From assembly GCA_963422645.2 (NCBI GenBank), contig CAXXVO010000012.1, forward strand, positions 1 through 64,000: a stretch of DNA of 64,000 nt. The letters are read 5' to 3'. Under the pieces are notes generated by a model, which was given only the letters and a program-made list of their open reading frames with translations, did not search any database and was not told the origin of the DNA. This stretch comes from Alphaproteobacteria bacterium. GTDB lineage: Bacteria > Pseudomonadota > Alphaproteobacteria > UBA828. The position numbers and the translations under genes are program-made. Positions 30,077-39,274 of this stretch are shown here, one piece after another. The number at the start of each line of letters is the position of its first letter. Position 1 is the first letter of the stretch.

Positions 30077-31087
30077 ATGTTTCGATCGTTCTTTCTTTCT
30101 CGCGAATGGTCGCTCTGGGCCTGGGGCGGCATGGCGATCATCGTCGGCGGCACCTGGTATCAGGTGCAGATCGACGTACAAATCAACGAGTGGTTCGGCG
30201 AATTTTACGACGGCGTTCAGAAGGCGCTGGGCGAACCCGGCAGCATGACCATCGAAGAGTTCTACGCGCTGCTCCTCTCCTTCGGTCGCATCGCTGGCAT
30301 CTACATCGTCGTCGCCGTGATGCTCAGCTTCTTCACCAAGCATTGGGTGTTCCGCTGGCGCCATGCGATGAACGACTTCTACATGGCCCGCTGGGGGCGC
30401 CTGCGCGACATCGAAGGCGCCAGCCAGCGCATCCAGGAAGACACCCGCCGATTCGCGATCATCATGGAATCCCTGGGCAGCCGTCTGCTCGATTCCGTCA
30501 TGACGTTGTTCGCCTTCCTGCCGATTCTCTGGCAGCTCTCGAAGTCGATCAAGGTGGTGCCGGTGATCGGCGAGCTGGATCACTCGCTGGTCTACGCCGC
30601 CATCATCTTTGCGCTCTTCGGCACGGCCGTGCTGGCGGTCGTCGGCATCAGACTTCCGGGACTCGAGTTCAACAACCAGGTGGTCGAGGCCGCTTACAGA
30701 AAGGAACTCGTGTACGGCGAGGACCACGAAGAGCGCGCCGATCCACCGACGGTGCGGGAGCTGTTTTTCAACGTCAGGCGAAACTACTTCAGGCTATTCT
30801 TCCACTACATGTACTTCGATATCGCGAAGTGGTCGTATCTGCAGTTCGGCGTTCTGGTTCCCTATGTCGCTCTTGCGCCCACCATCGTCGCCGGCGCCAT
30901 CACCCTCGGTGTGATGCAGCAGATCGTCCGTGCCTTCGGACGTGTAGAGGGCTCGTTCCAGTATCTCGTCCACAGCTGGACAATCATCGTCGAGTTGATC
31001 TCGGTCTACAAACGCCTGCGTGCGTTCGAGGCGGCACTCTACGGCCGGGGGCCTTATGCGGGACCCCCTCCATGCGGCCCTAAATAA
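30077..31087 (+). CDS. SbmA/BacA-like peptide transporter
   Basis: FRWRHAM...IEGASQRIQED...EAAYRKELVYGED...ELISVYKRLRAFE. Confidence 0.82.
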   Translation: MFRSFFLSREWSLWAWGGMAIIVGGTWYQVQIDVQINEWFGEFYDGVQKALGEPGSMTIEEFYALLLSFGRIAGIYIVVAVMLSFFTKHWVFRWRHAMNDFYMARWGRLRDIEGASQRIQEDTRRFAIIMESLGSRLLDSVMTLFAFLPILWQLSKSIKVVPVIGELDHSLVYAAIIFALFGTAVLAVVGIRLPGLEFNNQVVEAAYRKELVYGEDHEERADPPTVRELFFNVRRNYFRLFFHYMYFDIAKWSYLQFGVLVPYVALAPTIVAGAITLGVMQQIVRAFGRVEGSFQYLVHSWTIIVELISVYKRLRAFEAALYGRGPYAGPPPCGPK

Positions 31088-31103
31088 GTCCGGCTGGTAA
31101 CGC

Positions 31104-32000
31104 TCAGTCGAACACCGGCGTGCCGTGGGCGCCCGATTCCCGCAGCGCCCAGTAGAGGCGGTCGAGCCGTTCGGTGACCGGGCCGGGGCAGGGCAGCGGC
31201 AGCCGGCGGCCGGCAATCTCGCGCACCGCCAAGGCGCCGCCGGCGGTGCTGCAAGTGAAGACCTCGTCTGCGGCGTAGAGGTCGAAGGCAGTAAGATCGC
31301 ATTCCTCAAGCGGGAGACCTGCGTTCCTGGCGAGCTCGATGAAGGTCTGGCGCGTGATGCCGCGCAGCACATTACGTCCCGGCGTGTGCACCACGCCCTC
31401 CTTCACCACGAAGATGTTCGACGCCGGTCCCTCGCAGGCATAGCCCGCCCGGTCGAGCCAGATGACATCGTCGTAACCGGCCTCCAGCGCTTCCAACCGC
31501 GCCATCTGCGAGTGAAGCCGGTCGAGGCACTTGTAGCGGGCATCGAGCGTGTCGGGGGAGAACGCCCGCAGATGGGTGATGTGGAGGCGAATGCCTGTGC
31601 GCCGTGTCTCCTCGTCGGCGAGGAAAATGTATGGCGCGGCCCAGACGATGCGCGTCGGCTCGAAGTCGCGTGGATCGGCGACGACCGCGTTGGGCGCGCC
31701 GCGGGTCACGATGAAGCGGATGCTGGCGTCGCGCAGCCCGTTGCGCCGGCAGGTCTGGATGATCGCCGCGCGCCAGTTGTCGCGGGGCATCTTGGTTTCC
31801 AGCCGCGTCGCGCGCAGCGAATCGAAGAAGCGATCGATGTGCTCATCGAGCCTGAAGATCGATCCGCGCCAGGCTGAGACCACGTCGAAGACCCCGTCGC
31901 CGAGGAGGAATCCTTGGTCGAGCACGGAGATCTTGGCCTCGCTGAGGGGCACGAAGTCGCCGTTCAGGTAGACGATGGGCTCGTTCGGTGTCTCCACCAT
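31104..32000 (-). CDS. Class IV PLP aminotransferase
   Basis: LNGDFVP...DQGFLLGDGVFD, catalytic K in YKCL, EGPASN, GITR, STAGG. Confidence 0.88.
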   Translation of the reverse strand: MVETPNEPIVYLNGDFVPLSEAKISVLDQGFLLGDGVFDVVSAWRGSIFRLDEHIDRFFDSLRATRLETKMPRDNWRAAIIQTCRRNGLRDASIRFIVTRGAPNAVVADPRDFEPTRIVWAAPYIFLADEETRRTGIRLHITHLRAFSPDTLDARYKCLDRLHSQMARLEALEAGYDDVIWLDRAGYACEGPASNIFVVKEGVVHTPGRNVLRGITRQTFIELARNAGLPLEECDLTAFDLYAADEVFTCSTAGGALAVREIAGRRLPLPCPGPVTERLDRLYWALRESGAHGTPVFD

Positions 32001-32058
32001 AGCGCGTACTCCGTAGCCTCTCGGGAAACATCGGTGGCGGCGAAGCCGAGGCCGATCC

Positions 32059-33123
32059 TCACTCGCGCCGCTGCTCGCCGGCACGCCCGGCAGCCGGTCG
32101 GCCTGCGCCTCCCCGCAACGCGAGCAGCTGCCGGCGCCCCCAATCCCACACCTGCTCCAGCCCGCCAGCGGCGCCCTGCGGCAGGAGCACGACGATGGCG
32201 ACGATCAGCGCGCCGTAGCCCATGTTCCTGATCTCGACGAAGTCCTTCATGCCCTCGTCCGCGAGCATCACCAGGGCGGCGCCGAGGATCGGCCCCCAGG
32301 CCCGCCCGAGGCCGCCCACCACCATCATCGAGATCAGGAAGAGAAGCAGCGGCAGCGACAGAACGTTGGCACCCATGACCCGGAAGTGCCCGGCGAAGAC
32401 ACCGCCCGCGAGCCCGGTGAAGAAGGCCGACATCGCGAACACGAGGAGCTGATACTTGAAGCGGTTGAGCCCGCGGGAGACGCCGTATTCCGGGTTGTCG
32501 CGCAGCGCCCGGAAGGCGAATCCCAGCGGGCTGCGAATGATGGCGAAGGAGAACACCGTCGCCAGCACGAGCAGGAAGAGGGAGAGATAGTAGTCGCCCT
32601 TCAGGTACTCGCGGCGGCCGAGCAGCTCGCGGAAGCCGAAGTCGCCGAACTTGGCCAGGCCGCGCGTGCCGCCAGTGAAATTCCGGCAGGTCACGCCCTC
32701 CATGTAGAAGCAGGCGGTATCGGTGATGATGAGCAGGTACATCACCTGGGCAATGGCGAGCGTCAGCAGCGCGACATAGGGCCCGCGCAGCCTGAGGCAG
32801 GCTAGTCCGATGATGATGCTGAACAGGATCGACCCGATCCCGGCAAGCACCAGCGTGAACCAGAGCGAGATGCCAAGGTAGAGCCCCATCATGCCGGTGG
32901 CGAAGCCGCCGAAGGCGAAGATCGCCATCTGAGCGAGCGAGAAGATGCCGGCAACGCCGAACACCAGGTTCCACTGCGAGACCACCGTTGCCCAGATGAA
33001 GAAGAGCGTGAGCTGGCCGATGAAGTAACGCGACGGCCCGAGCAACGGGATCGCGATCATTACCGCGATCAGCACCACGCCGAGGGCGACATCCCGCCGC
33101 CAATTGGGGGCCGTCTCGAACAT
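32059..33123 (-). CDS. livM: Liv-type ABC permease (LivM-like)
   Basis: RLRGPYVALLTL, GFAFRALRDN, VVGGLG. Confidence 0.85.
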   Translation of the reverse strand: MFETAPNWRRDVALGVVLIAVMIAIPLLGPSRYFIGQLTLFFIWATVVSQWNLVFGVAGIFSLAQMAIFAFGGFATGMMGLYLGISLWFTLVLAGIGSILFSIIIGLACLRLRGPYVALLTLAIAQVMYLLIITDTACFYMEGVTCRNFTGGTRGLAKFGDFGFRELLGRREYLKGDYYLSLFLLVLATVFSFAIIRSPLGFAFRALRDNPEYGVSRGLNRFKYQLLVFAMSAFFTGLAGGVFAGHFRVMGANVLSLPLLLFLISMMVVGGLGRAWGPILGAALVMLADEGMKDFVEIRNMGYGALIVAIVVLLPQGAAGGLEQVWDWGRRQLLALRGGAGRPAAGRAGEQRRE

Positions 33124-34001
33124 CAGACGCGGCGCACCTGGCGGCGCCCGAACACGCCGTAGGGGCGCCAGATGAGCGCGATAATGACCAGCAGCAGCAG
33201 CGCCGGGAAGCCGAAGCGAACGCCGACGGCGAACTGCACCGCGGACTCGAACAGGCCGAGGACGAAGGCGGCGATGAGCGCGCCAGGCACGTTGCCGAGC
33301 CCCGCGATCACGCAGATGATGAAGGCCTTGAGCATGGGGTCGTAGCCCATGGTCGGCGAGAGCGTGGTGATCGAGCTCAGCATCACGCCCGAAATCGCGG
33401 CAACGACGCCGGCGATCCCCATCACCTGGGCGAAGATCCGCCCGACATTGACCCCCATGAGCTGGGCCGCCTCGCGGTTCAGCGCCGTCGCGCGGATGGC
33501 GCGGCCCATGCGGGTGCGCGAGAGCAGCGTCGCCACCAGCAGCATGGTGACCACCGCGAGGACCAGGATCACAACGTTCTGGAAGCGGATGAAGACGCCG
33601 GAGACGAAGAAGCCCTCCTCGATGGAGAAGGGTTGGAGGAAGGGATAGGCACCGTAGATCAGCAGCGTCACCTGCTCGAGAAAAATGGCGAGGCCGACGG
33701 TCGCGATGATGACGTTGGTCTCGAACGCGGGGTGCCGGTACATGAAGCGGAAGATGATGTGGTAGATCGCGAGCCCCACCACGAAGCTCACGATCATCGC
33801 CGCCGGCAGGCCGAGATACCAGGGCAGTCCCACGTGGAGCACTGCCGAATAGGACGCGTAGCCGCCGATGGTGAGCAGTGCGCCGTGCGCCATGTTGAGC
33901 ACGCCCATCGCCCCCCACACCAGCGAGAGCCCGATGGAGCTCGCGGCGTACATGGCGCCGAGCGTGAGCCCGCTGACGAGAATTTGGACGAAGGTTTCCA
34001 C
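33123..34001 (-). CDS. livH: Liv-type ABC permease (LivH-like)
   Basis: GLSLVWG..GVLNMAHG, GRAIRA...AAQLMGVN. Confidence 0.87.
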   Translation of the reverse strand: METFVQILVSGLTLGAMYAASSIGLSLVWGAMGVLNMAHGALLTIGGYASYSAVLHVGLPWYLGLPAAMIVSFVVGLAIYHIIFRFMYRHPAFETNVIIATVGLAIFLEQVTLLIYGAYPFLQPFSIEEGFFVSGVFIRFQNVVILVLAVVTMLLVATLLSRTRMGRAIRATALNREAAQLMGVNVGRIFAQVMGIAGVVAAISGVMLSSITTLSPTMGYDPMLKAFIICVIAGLGNVPGALIAAFVLGLFESAVQFAVGVRFGFPALLLLVIIALIWRPYGVFGRRQVRRV

Positions 34002-34010
34002 CGCGCCGCC

Positions 34011-34727
34011 TCAGGCCCCGAGATAGGTCTCGAGGATTTCCTCATGGAGATCGAGCTCGCTGGCGGTGCCCTGCCAGACGAACTGACCGTGGTCGAGCAG
34101 ATAGATGCGATCCGCGAGGTCGGCGACGCGGCTCGCGTTCTCCTCCACGAGCAGGATCGTCCGTCCGGCCTCTTTCAAGGCCCGGATTAGGCCGTAGATG
34201 GTGTCGATCGCGATGGGGGCCAGGCCCAGCGAGGGCTCGTCGATCAATAGGATGCGCCCGCCCGTCATCATCCCGCGCCCGACCGCCAGCATCCGCCGCT
34301 CGCCGCCGGAGAGCGTGGACGCAGTCTGGCCCTCCCGCTCCTCGAGCCTGGGCAGCAGCGCGTAGACCTCCTTGAGGTTTGCGTCGGCCTGGCGGTAGGG
34401 CGCCGGCAGGTAGGCGCCCATGAGGAGATTGTCGCGCACCGTCATCTCCGAGAAGATCATGTCGCCCTGCGGGATGTGCACGATGCCGTGCGCCACGATC
34501 TGGTCTACTCGCGCGCGACCGAGCGCCTTGCCGTCGAAACGAATCTCGCCCGCCATCGGGTGAATCAGGCCGGAGACGGCGCGCAGCAGCGTCGTCTTGC
34601 CGTGGCCGTTGGGGCCGATGATGGTGATGAGGCCGCCGTCCGGCACCCCGAACGAGATGTCTCGCAGCACGCGCTGGCCGTGATAGCCGGCGTCGAGCGA
34701 GTCGACCTCGAGCAGCGGCGTGCTCAT
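34011..34727 (-). CDS. livF: Liv-type ABC ATPase (LivF-like)
   Basis: GPNGHGKT, LSGGE, DEPSLGL. Confidence 0.87.
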   Translation of the reverse strand: MSTPLLEVDSLDAGYHGQRVLRDISFGVPDGGLITIIGPNGHGKTTLLRAVSGLIHPMAGEIRFDGKALGRARVDQIVAHGIVHIPQGDMIFSEMTVRDNLLMGAYLPAPYRQADANLKEVYALLPRLEEREGQTASTLSGGERRMLAVGRGMMTGGRILLIDEPSLGLAPIAIDTIYGLIRALKEAGRTILLVEENASRVADLADRIYLLDHGQFVWQGTASELDLHEEILETYLGA

Positions 34728-34746
34728 GCTCCCCTCACGGGCTTGC

Positions 34747-35571
34747 TCATGGAGCACTTGGAGCACCCTCGTCGGGCGACGGATCGTCTTCGAGCAGGTG
34801 CCTGAGCCGCCGCGACGAGCCCTCCCCCAGATAAACGTCGACCACGGTCCTGTCGTAGACGAGGCCGGAGGCCGATCCTTCGAAGATCTTCTCGCCGTGG
34901 TGCATGATGAGCACCCGGTCCGAGAGCCTGACCAGAAAGCGCATGACGTGCTCGATGAGCATGATGGTGAGGCCGCGCTCCTTGAGCCGCCGAACCAGGG
35001 CCATCACGTCGTCGATTTCTTGCGGATTGAGGCCGCCGACCGGCTCGTCCATCAGCAGCATCTTGGGCTGGGTCGCGAGCGCGCCCGCCACCATCAGCAG
35101 CTTGCGGTGATAGACGGGGAGCGTCCGCACGGTCTCGTGGGCGACCGCATCGAGGCCGACGAACTCCATCGCTTCATCGGCAAGGCGCTGGGTCTCCCGG
35201 TCGAACTTCATGCCGGGAACCAGCCGATTATGACGCCCGAAATAGGCCGCGATCAGCGTGTTCTCGCGCGCCGAGAGCGTGTCGAAGCCGGCGTTCAGTT
35301 GAAAGGTGCGCGCCATGCCGAGCCGGCAGGTGCGGTCCGGCGTCGCGCGCGTGATCGACTGGCCGTCGAAGGTGATGCTGCCGGCGGTCGCCGGGTTGAG
35401 GCCCGAGATGACGTCGAAGAGGGTCGTCTTGCCGGCGCCGTTCGGCCCGCCGATCCCGAGCGCCTCGCCCGGGAAGACGTCGAAGGTCATGTCGCGAACG
35501 GCGGCCAGGGCGCCGAAATACTTGTCGACGCCCTGGCAGGAGAGCAGCGGCTCAGGCGCCGTCCGCTCCAT
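34747..35571 (-). CDS. livG: Liv-type ABC ATPase (LivG-like)
   Basis: GPNGAGKT, ARTFQ, DEP, IEH. Confidence 0.87.
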   Translation of the reverse strand: MERTAPEPLLSCQGVDKYFGALAAVRDMTFDVFPGEALGIGGPNGAGKTTLFDVISGLNPATAGSITFDGQSITRATPDRTCRLGMARTFQLNAGFDTLSARENTLIAAYFGRHNRLVPGMKFDRETQRLADEAMEFVGLDAVAHETVRTLPVYHRKLLMVAGALATQPKMLLMDEPVGGLNPQEIDDVMALVRRLKERGLTIMLIEHVMRFLVRLSDRVLIMHHGEKIFEGSASGLVYDRTVVDVYLGEGSSRRLRHLLEDDPSPDEGAPSAP

Positions 35572-35579
35572 GGCAGGTC

Positions 35580-36944
35580 TTAGCCGCTAATCCACGGCGG
35601 GATTTGGAACGAGGCCGTCTCGTAGGGCTCCGGCGCGATCAGCTTGCCCTGCTCCAGGTGGTTCTGGACCTGGAGGAACTGGTGAGGCATGCCGAGCGAG
35701 GGATCGCGGGTCTCGGTCGGATAGGTCCGAGCCGCCTGGTAGGGCAGCACGAACGCCGTCGCCCCCTGCACGCCGCGATAGATGTTGCGGCGAATGCGAT
35801 CGCACACCTTCTCGTTCTGCTCGAACTCGCCGGGTGCCCCGGTGCCGCCGGCCATGGCCGACGCGATCGCCCAGTAGTGGCACGAGTCGTAGGGCTGGGA
35901 GCCGGTGAGCGGGCTCGCGCTCTCACCGAACTTCGAGTTGAAGCGCTGGAAGTAGTCTTGGCCAATCTCGTCTTGCAGCGCGCCGACCACGGTGGCGAAG
36001 AGCACCCCGTTGGTAGCCTCCTTGCCGATCTCGCGGAAGGCCGAGAGCAGCGGACCGTACTGCATGTAGACCAGGCTGTTGGTCGGGTTGGGCACGAACT
36101 GCGTCATGAACTGCGCGAGATCCTGCGGCACCCAGTGGGTGATCGCGATGGCCGCCGGCGGGTCGTTACGGATCTTCTGCAGCGTCGGCCCCCATTCGGA
36201 GATCGGCACCACCACGGTCTCGTAGAGGCTGATCTCCCAGCCGTACTTCTCCGCCGAATCGCGCATCGCGTTGGCGATGACGACGCTGTAGTTCTGCGAG
36301 CCGGTGACGATGGCGACCTTCTTGTTGGGCGCTTCCCACTTGCCGGTGTCGTTGAGGTCACTGATGAACTTCATGAAGCCCTCCCCGTACCAGTACTCGG
36401 CGGGGTCGGCCATGAAGTTGCTGAAGTAGGTCTCGGGATCGTTGCCCACCGTCTCGTGATGCACGATGTCGGTGTTGTGGTGGAGATAGGGCACACCAGC
36501 ATCGGCGATCGTGTCGTATTCCGCCGTTACGGCGCCAGTGTTGTAGCCGTTGATGATGGCGTGGACCTCGTGACGGTCGATCAGGCGCAGCATCGCCGGG
36601 ATGATGTTGTCGGCGCCCTGTTCCTTGCTGTCCTCGAAGACCGGCGCCAGCGGCCGGCCGAGGATGCCGCCCATCATGTTGATCTCTTCGCAGGCGAGCT
36701 CGAGTCCGCTCTTGAACGAGAGACCGTCGGCGGCGGCCCAGCCGGTGAGCGGCACGCAGCCGCCGACCGGGATGGGCTCGCCCTCGGCGCGGGCGCCGTC
36801 GTTGATGTCGGCAAGCAGGCCGCTGGTCATGGCGGCGGCGCCGAAACCGGCAAGCCCCGCGCCTTTCATGAAGTTCCGTCGGCTCGCGATGAAGCGCTTC
36901 CGCGCGCCTTCCTCTCTACGTGTTCCGCGGCGTCGAATGATCAT
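35580..36944 (-). CDS. Liv-type substrate-binding protein with Tat signal
   Basis: SRRNFMK twin-arginine motif; PLTG...EEINMMGGILGRP. Confidence 0.82.
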   Translation of the reverse strand: MIIRRRGTRREEGARKRFIASRRNFMKGAGLAGFGAAAMTSGLLADINDGARAEGEPIPVGGCVPLTGWAAADGLSFKSGLELACEEINMMGGILGRPLAPVFEDSKEQGADNIIPAMLRLIDRHEVHAIINGYNTGAVTAEYDTIADAGVPYLHHNTDIVHHETVGNDPETYFSNFMADPAEYWYGEGFMKFISDLNDTGKWEAPNKKVAIVTGSQNYSVVIANAMRDSAEKYGWEISLYETVVVPISEWGPTLQKIRNDPPAAIAITHWVPQDLAQFMTQFVPNPTNSLVYMQYGPLLSAFREIGKEATNGVLFATVVGALQDEIGQDYFQRFNSKFGESASPLTGSQPYDSCHYWAIASAMAGGTGAPGEFEQNEKVCDRIRRNIYRGVQGATAFVLPYQAARTYPTETRDPSLGMPHQFLQVQNHLEQGKLIAPEPYETASFQIPPWISG

Positions 36945-37236
36945 GGTCGTCTTCCTCCCTCTATGCGCCGGACATTTGCCCGTGTGCGCAATGGCCTTCC
37001 CGACAAGCGAGAACCTTTCGCCGTCGCACGCTGTCAGCGGAAGTCTGCCCCGCTATGCAGCAGTTCGCAATTGGGGAACACGAATCGTCATAACGGTCGG
37101 AGCGCCGTTGCAAGGGGCGAGGGCAGCGCCCACCTCAAGCGGACCATGCTGCGCGGAGGACACGGGGTCCCCGGCGCAGCCAGCAACAGGCGGAATGGCG
37201 GGATGCGCCGCCCCGCCTATGAAGGAGAGCAAGCAC

Positions 37237-37779
37237 ATGAAATATCTCTTTGGGTTGACGGCATTCGCTGCCGTCGTTGGCCTGACGACCGGCGTGAGCC
37301 TTGCGTCATCGCATGTGACCTACGAGGTAACGGTCACCAACAACATGGACGAAGAGCTTCTCGCGCCGGTGTTGGTGGCGCCGGTTTCCGAAGACGGCAA
37401 GATCTTCGTCGAGCGCTACGTTTCGCCGGAAGCGGAGCACCAGATCCTGACCGGAGACCCCGGAATGCTGGCGGAGGCGATCGGCGACGATGCCGCCGTC
37501 GGCCACGGCATGGACGGCCCCCCCGGCGTTCTGCTTGCGCCGGGCAAGTCGATCACCTTCGAGGTGGCGAGCCACGCGGGTGAAGTTCGTGTCCTGGCGA
37601 TGGTGGCTCCCACCATGTACGAGGACCACTACGTGACGGCGGTCGTCTCGTTGAACGGCGAGCCCATGTCCATCGGGCTCGACCGCTTCGACATCGGCTA
37701 CGATGAGGGCCGCAAGACGATCGAGCCCGTCGCCATCGCCGTCGCGACCGTCGAGGTCAGCGAGAAACAGAGCTACTGA
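37237..37779 (+). CDS. Secreted protein, possibly spondin-like
   Basis: Signal peptide; YEVTVTN...LAPG...AMVAPT; GGAG RBS. Confidence 0.55.
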   Translation: MKYLFGLTAFAAVVGLTTGVSLASSHVTYEVTVTNNMDEELLAPVLVAPVSEDGKIFVERYVSPEAEHQILTGDPGMLAEAIGDDAAVGHGMDGPPGVLLAPGKSITFEVASHAGEVRVLAMVAPTMYEDHYVTAVVSLNGEPMSIGLDRFDIGYDEGRKTIEPVAIAVATVEVSEKQSY

Positions 37780-37885
37780 ACGCTCGTTGGGCGCCGGCCG
37801 GTCGGGAAACCGATCGGCCGGCGTCGCATATTCGAGGCGTCATTGTTAAGTTCGGGTCGTACCGTCGGGACGGCAGGAGCGAGGC

Positions 37886-38194
37886 ATGACCCGAGAACAC
37901 ACCTACAGCGCATCGGTGACCTGGACAGGAAACAGCGGCCAGGGCACGGCCGGCTACAAGGCCTACACGCGCGACCACGACATCGCCTGCCCCGGCAAGC
38001 CGGTGATCCGGGGCTCGGCGGACCCCGCCTACCGGGGCGACGCGGGCCGACACAATCCCGAGGACATGCTGGTGGCCGCGCTCTCCGCCTGTCACATGCT
38101 CTGGTACCTGCACCTCTGCTCGGCTGCGGGCGTCGTGGTCGCGGCCTACGAGGACGCGGCCGAGGGCGTGATGCAGACGCATCCCCCCGGCGCC
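37886..38194 (+). pseudogene. OsmC/Ohr-family protein, 3'-truncated
   Basis: SADPAYRGD...NPEDMLVAALSACHMLWYLHLC; region with the second Cys missing, sequence diverges after HPPGA. Confidence 0.82.
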
Positions 38195-38248
38195 CCAATG
38201 GCATTCATTTGGCGCGAAGATTGTTCCGGGGTTTTTTTGGTGGTGTCG

Positions 38249-38261
38249 TAACGAGTTGATT
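38249..38261 (-). promoter_or_regulatory. IHF-consensus site near the end of the inserted element
   Basis: AATCAACTCGTTA fits WATCAANNNNTTR. Confidence 0.5.
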
Positions 38262-38365
38262 TCTTGTGTGGATTGTCGGTCTCGGCGTTTCCCGCACGAG
38301 GGGGATTGACCGGCGGCGTGTGCTTTGGCACACTGTGGCTGTCCCCCTGTCAGTGGAGCCGGCCC

Positions 38366-39085
38366 ATGGACCCCCGCATCACCGCGCTGAAGTCGACGAC
38401 CTTTTTCGGCAGACGTCTGACCCGCCGGCAGATTGCCGACATCCAGGAGACGGTGGCGCTGTTTCCGGCGATCAGCCGCAACGAGCTCGGGCACACGATC
38501 TGCGAGCATTTGAACTGGCGCGCGCCGAGCGGGCGGAACCGTGTCGCGGTCTGCCTGCGGATGCTGGAGGAGTTGGAGCGGCTGGGCATCCTGACCCTGC
38601 CGGCGCGGGACGAGGCGCAGGTGCGGGGGCCGCAGGAGGCGATGGCCCGGAGCGAGCGGACGGCGCCGGCCGCGGCGATCGCGGAGGACCTGGCCGCGCT
38701 GATGCCGCTGCGCCTGTCGATTGCGGCGGGCAAGGAGGAGGGCGGGCTGTGGAACGAGTTCGTCGCGCGCCACCACTATCTCGGGCTGCATCGTCTGGGG
38801 TCGGCGCGCATCTGCGCTATTTTCTCCTGGACCGCCACGGGCGGCCTCTGGGCTGCCTTCTGTTTGCCCGGGCGTCGCGCACGCTGCCCTGCCGCGACGA
38901 GTGGATCGGGTGGCCGGCGGAAGGCTTCCGCAAGCACCTCGATCTGGTCGTGGGTCACACGCGTTTCCTGATCTTTCCCTGGGTCCGGGTCGACAACCTG
39001 GCGTCGAAAGCGCTGTCGATGGCGCTGCGCCAGCTGCCCGGCGACTGGGAGGCGCGCTTCGGAGCGCGCCCGGTTCTGGTGGAGA
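38366..39085 (+). pseudogene. DUF4338 (DruA-like / IS-associated) protein, frameshifted (~38790) and truncated
   Basis: WNEFVARHHYLG, RDEWIGW, RFLIFPWV...NLAS...DW...PVLVE then cut. Confidence 0.8.
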
Positions 39086-39274
39086 TGAAGGCTTCATAAT
39101 GCTTCTCCGTTGTGCAGGTGGGCGGGCGTTTCTACCGCATTGATAGAAAAGGCGGTTTGGATTCCGTTGTTGCCGCCGCGGCGACCTTTACATCGTGCCG
39201 GACGTGATTTTCCAGTATCGCACGTTGGAGGTGCGGATCTGCATCGGGCGTTTTGCCTGACGGTCCGGGCATGG

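Noticed and set aside
38366-39085. DUF4338 as a Druantia defence system
   Set aside because: No other dru genes; broken ORF behind an IS-like end fits the transposase-associated form
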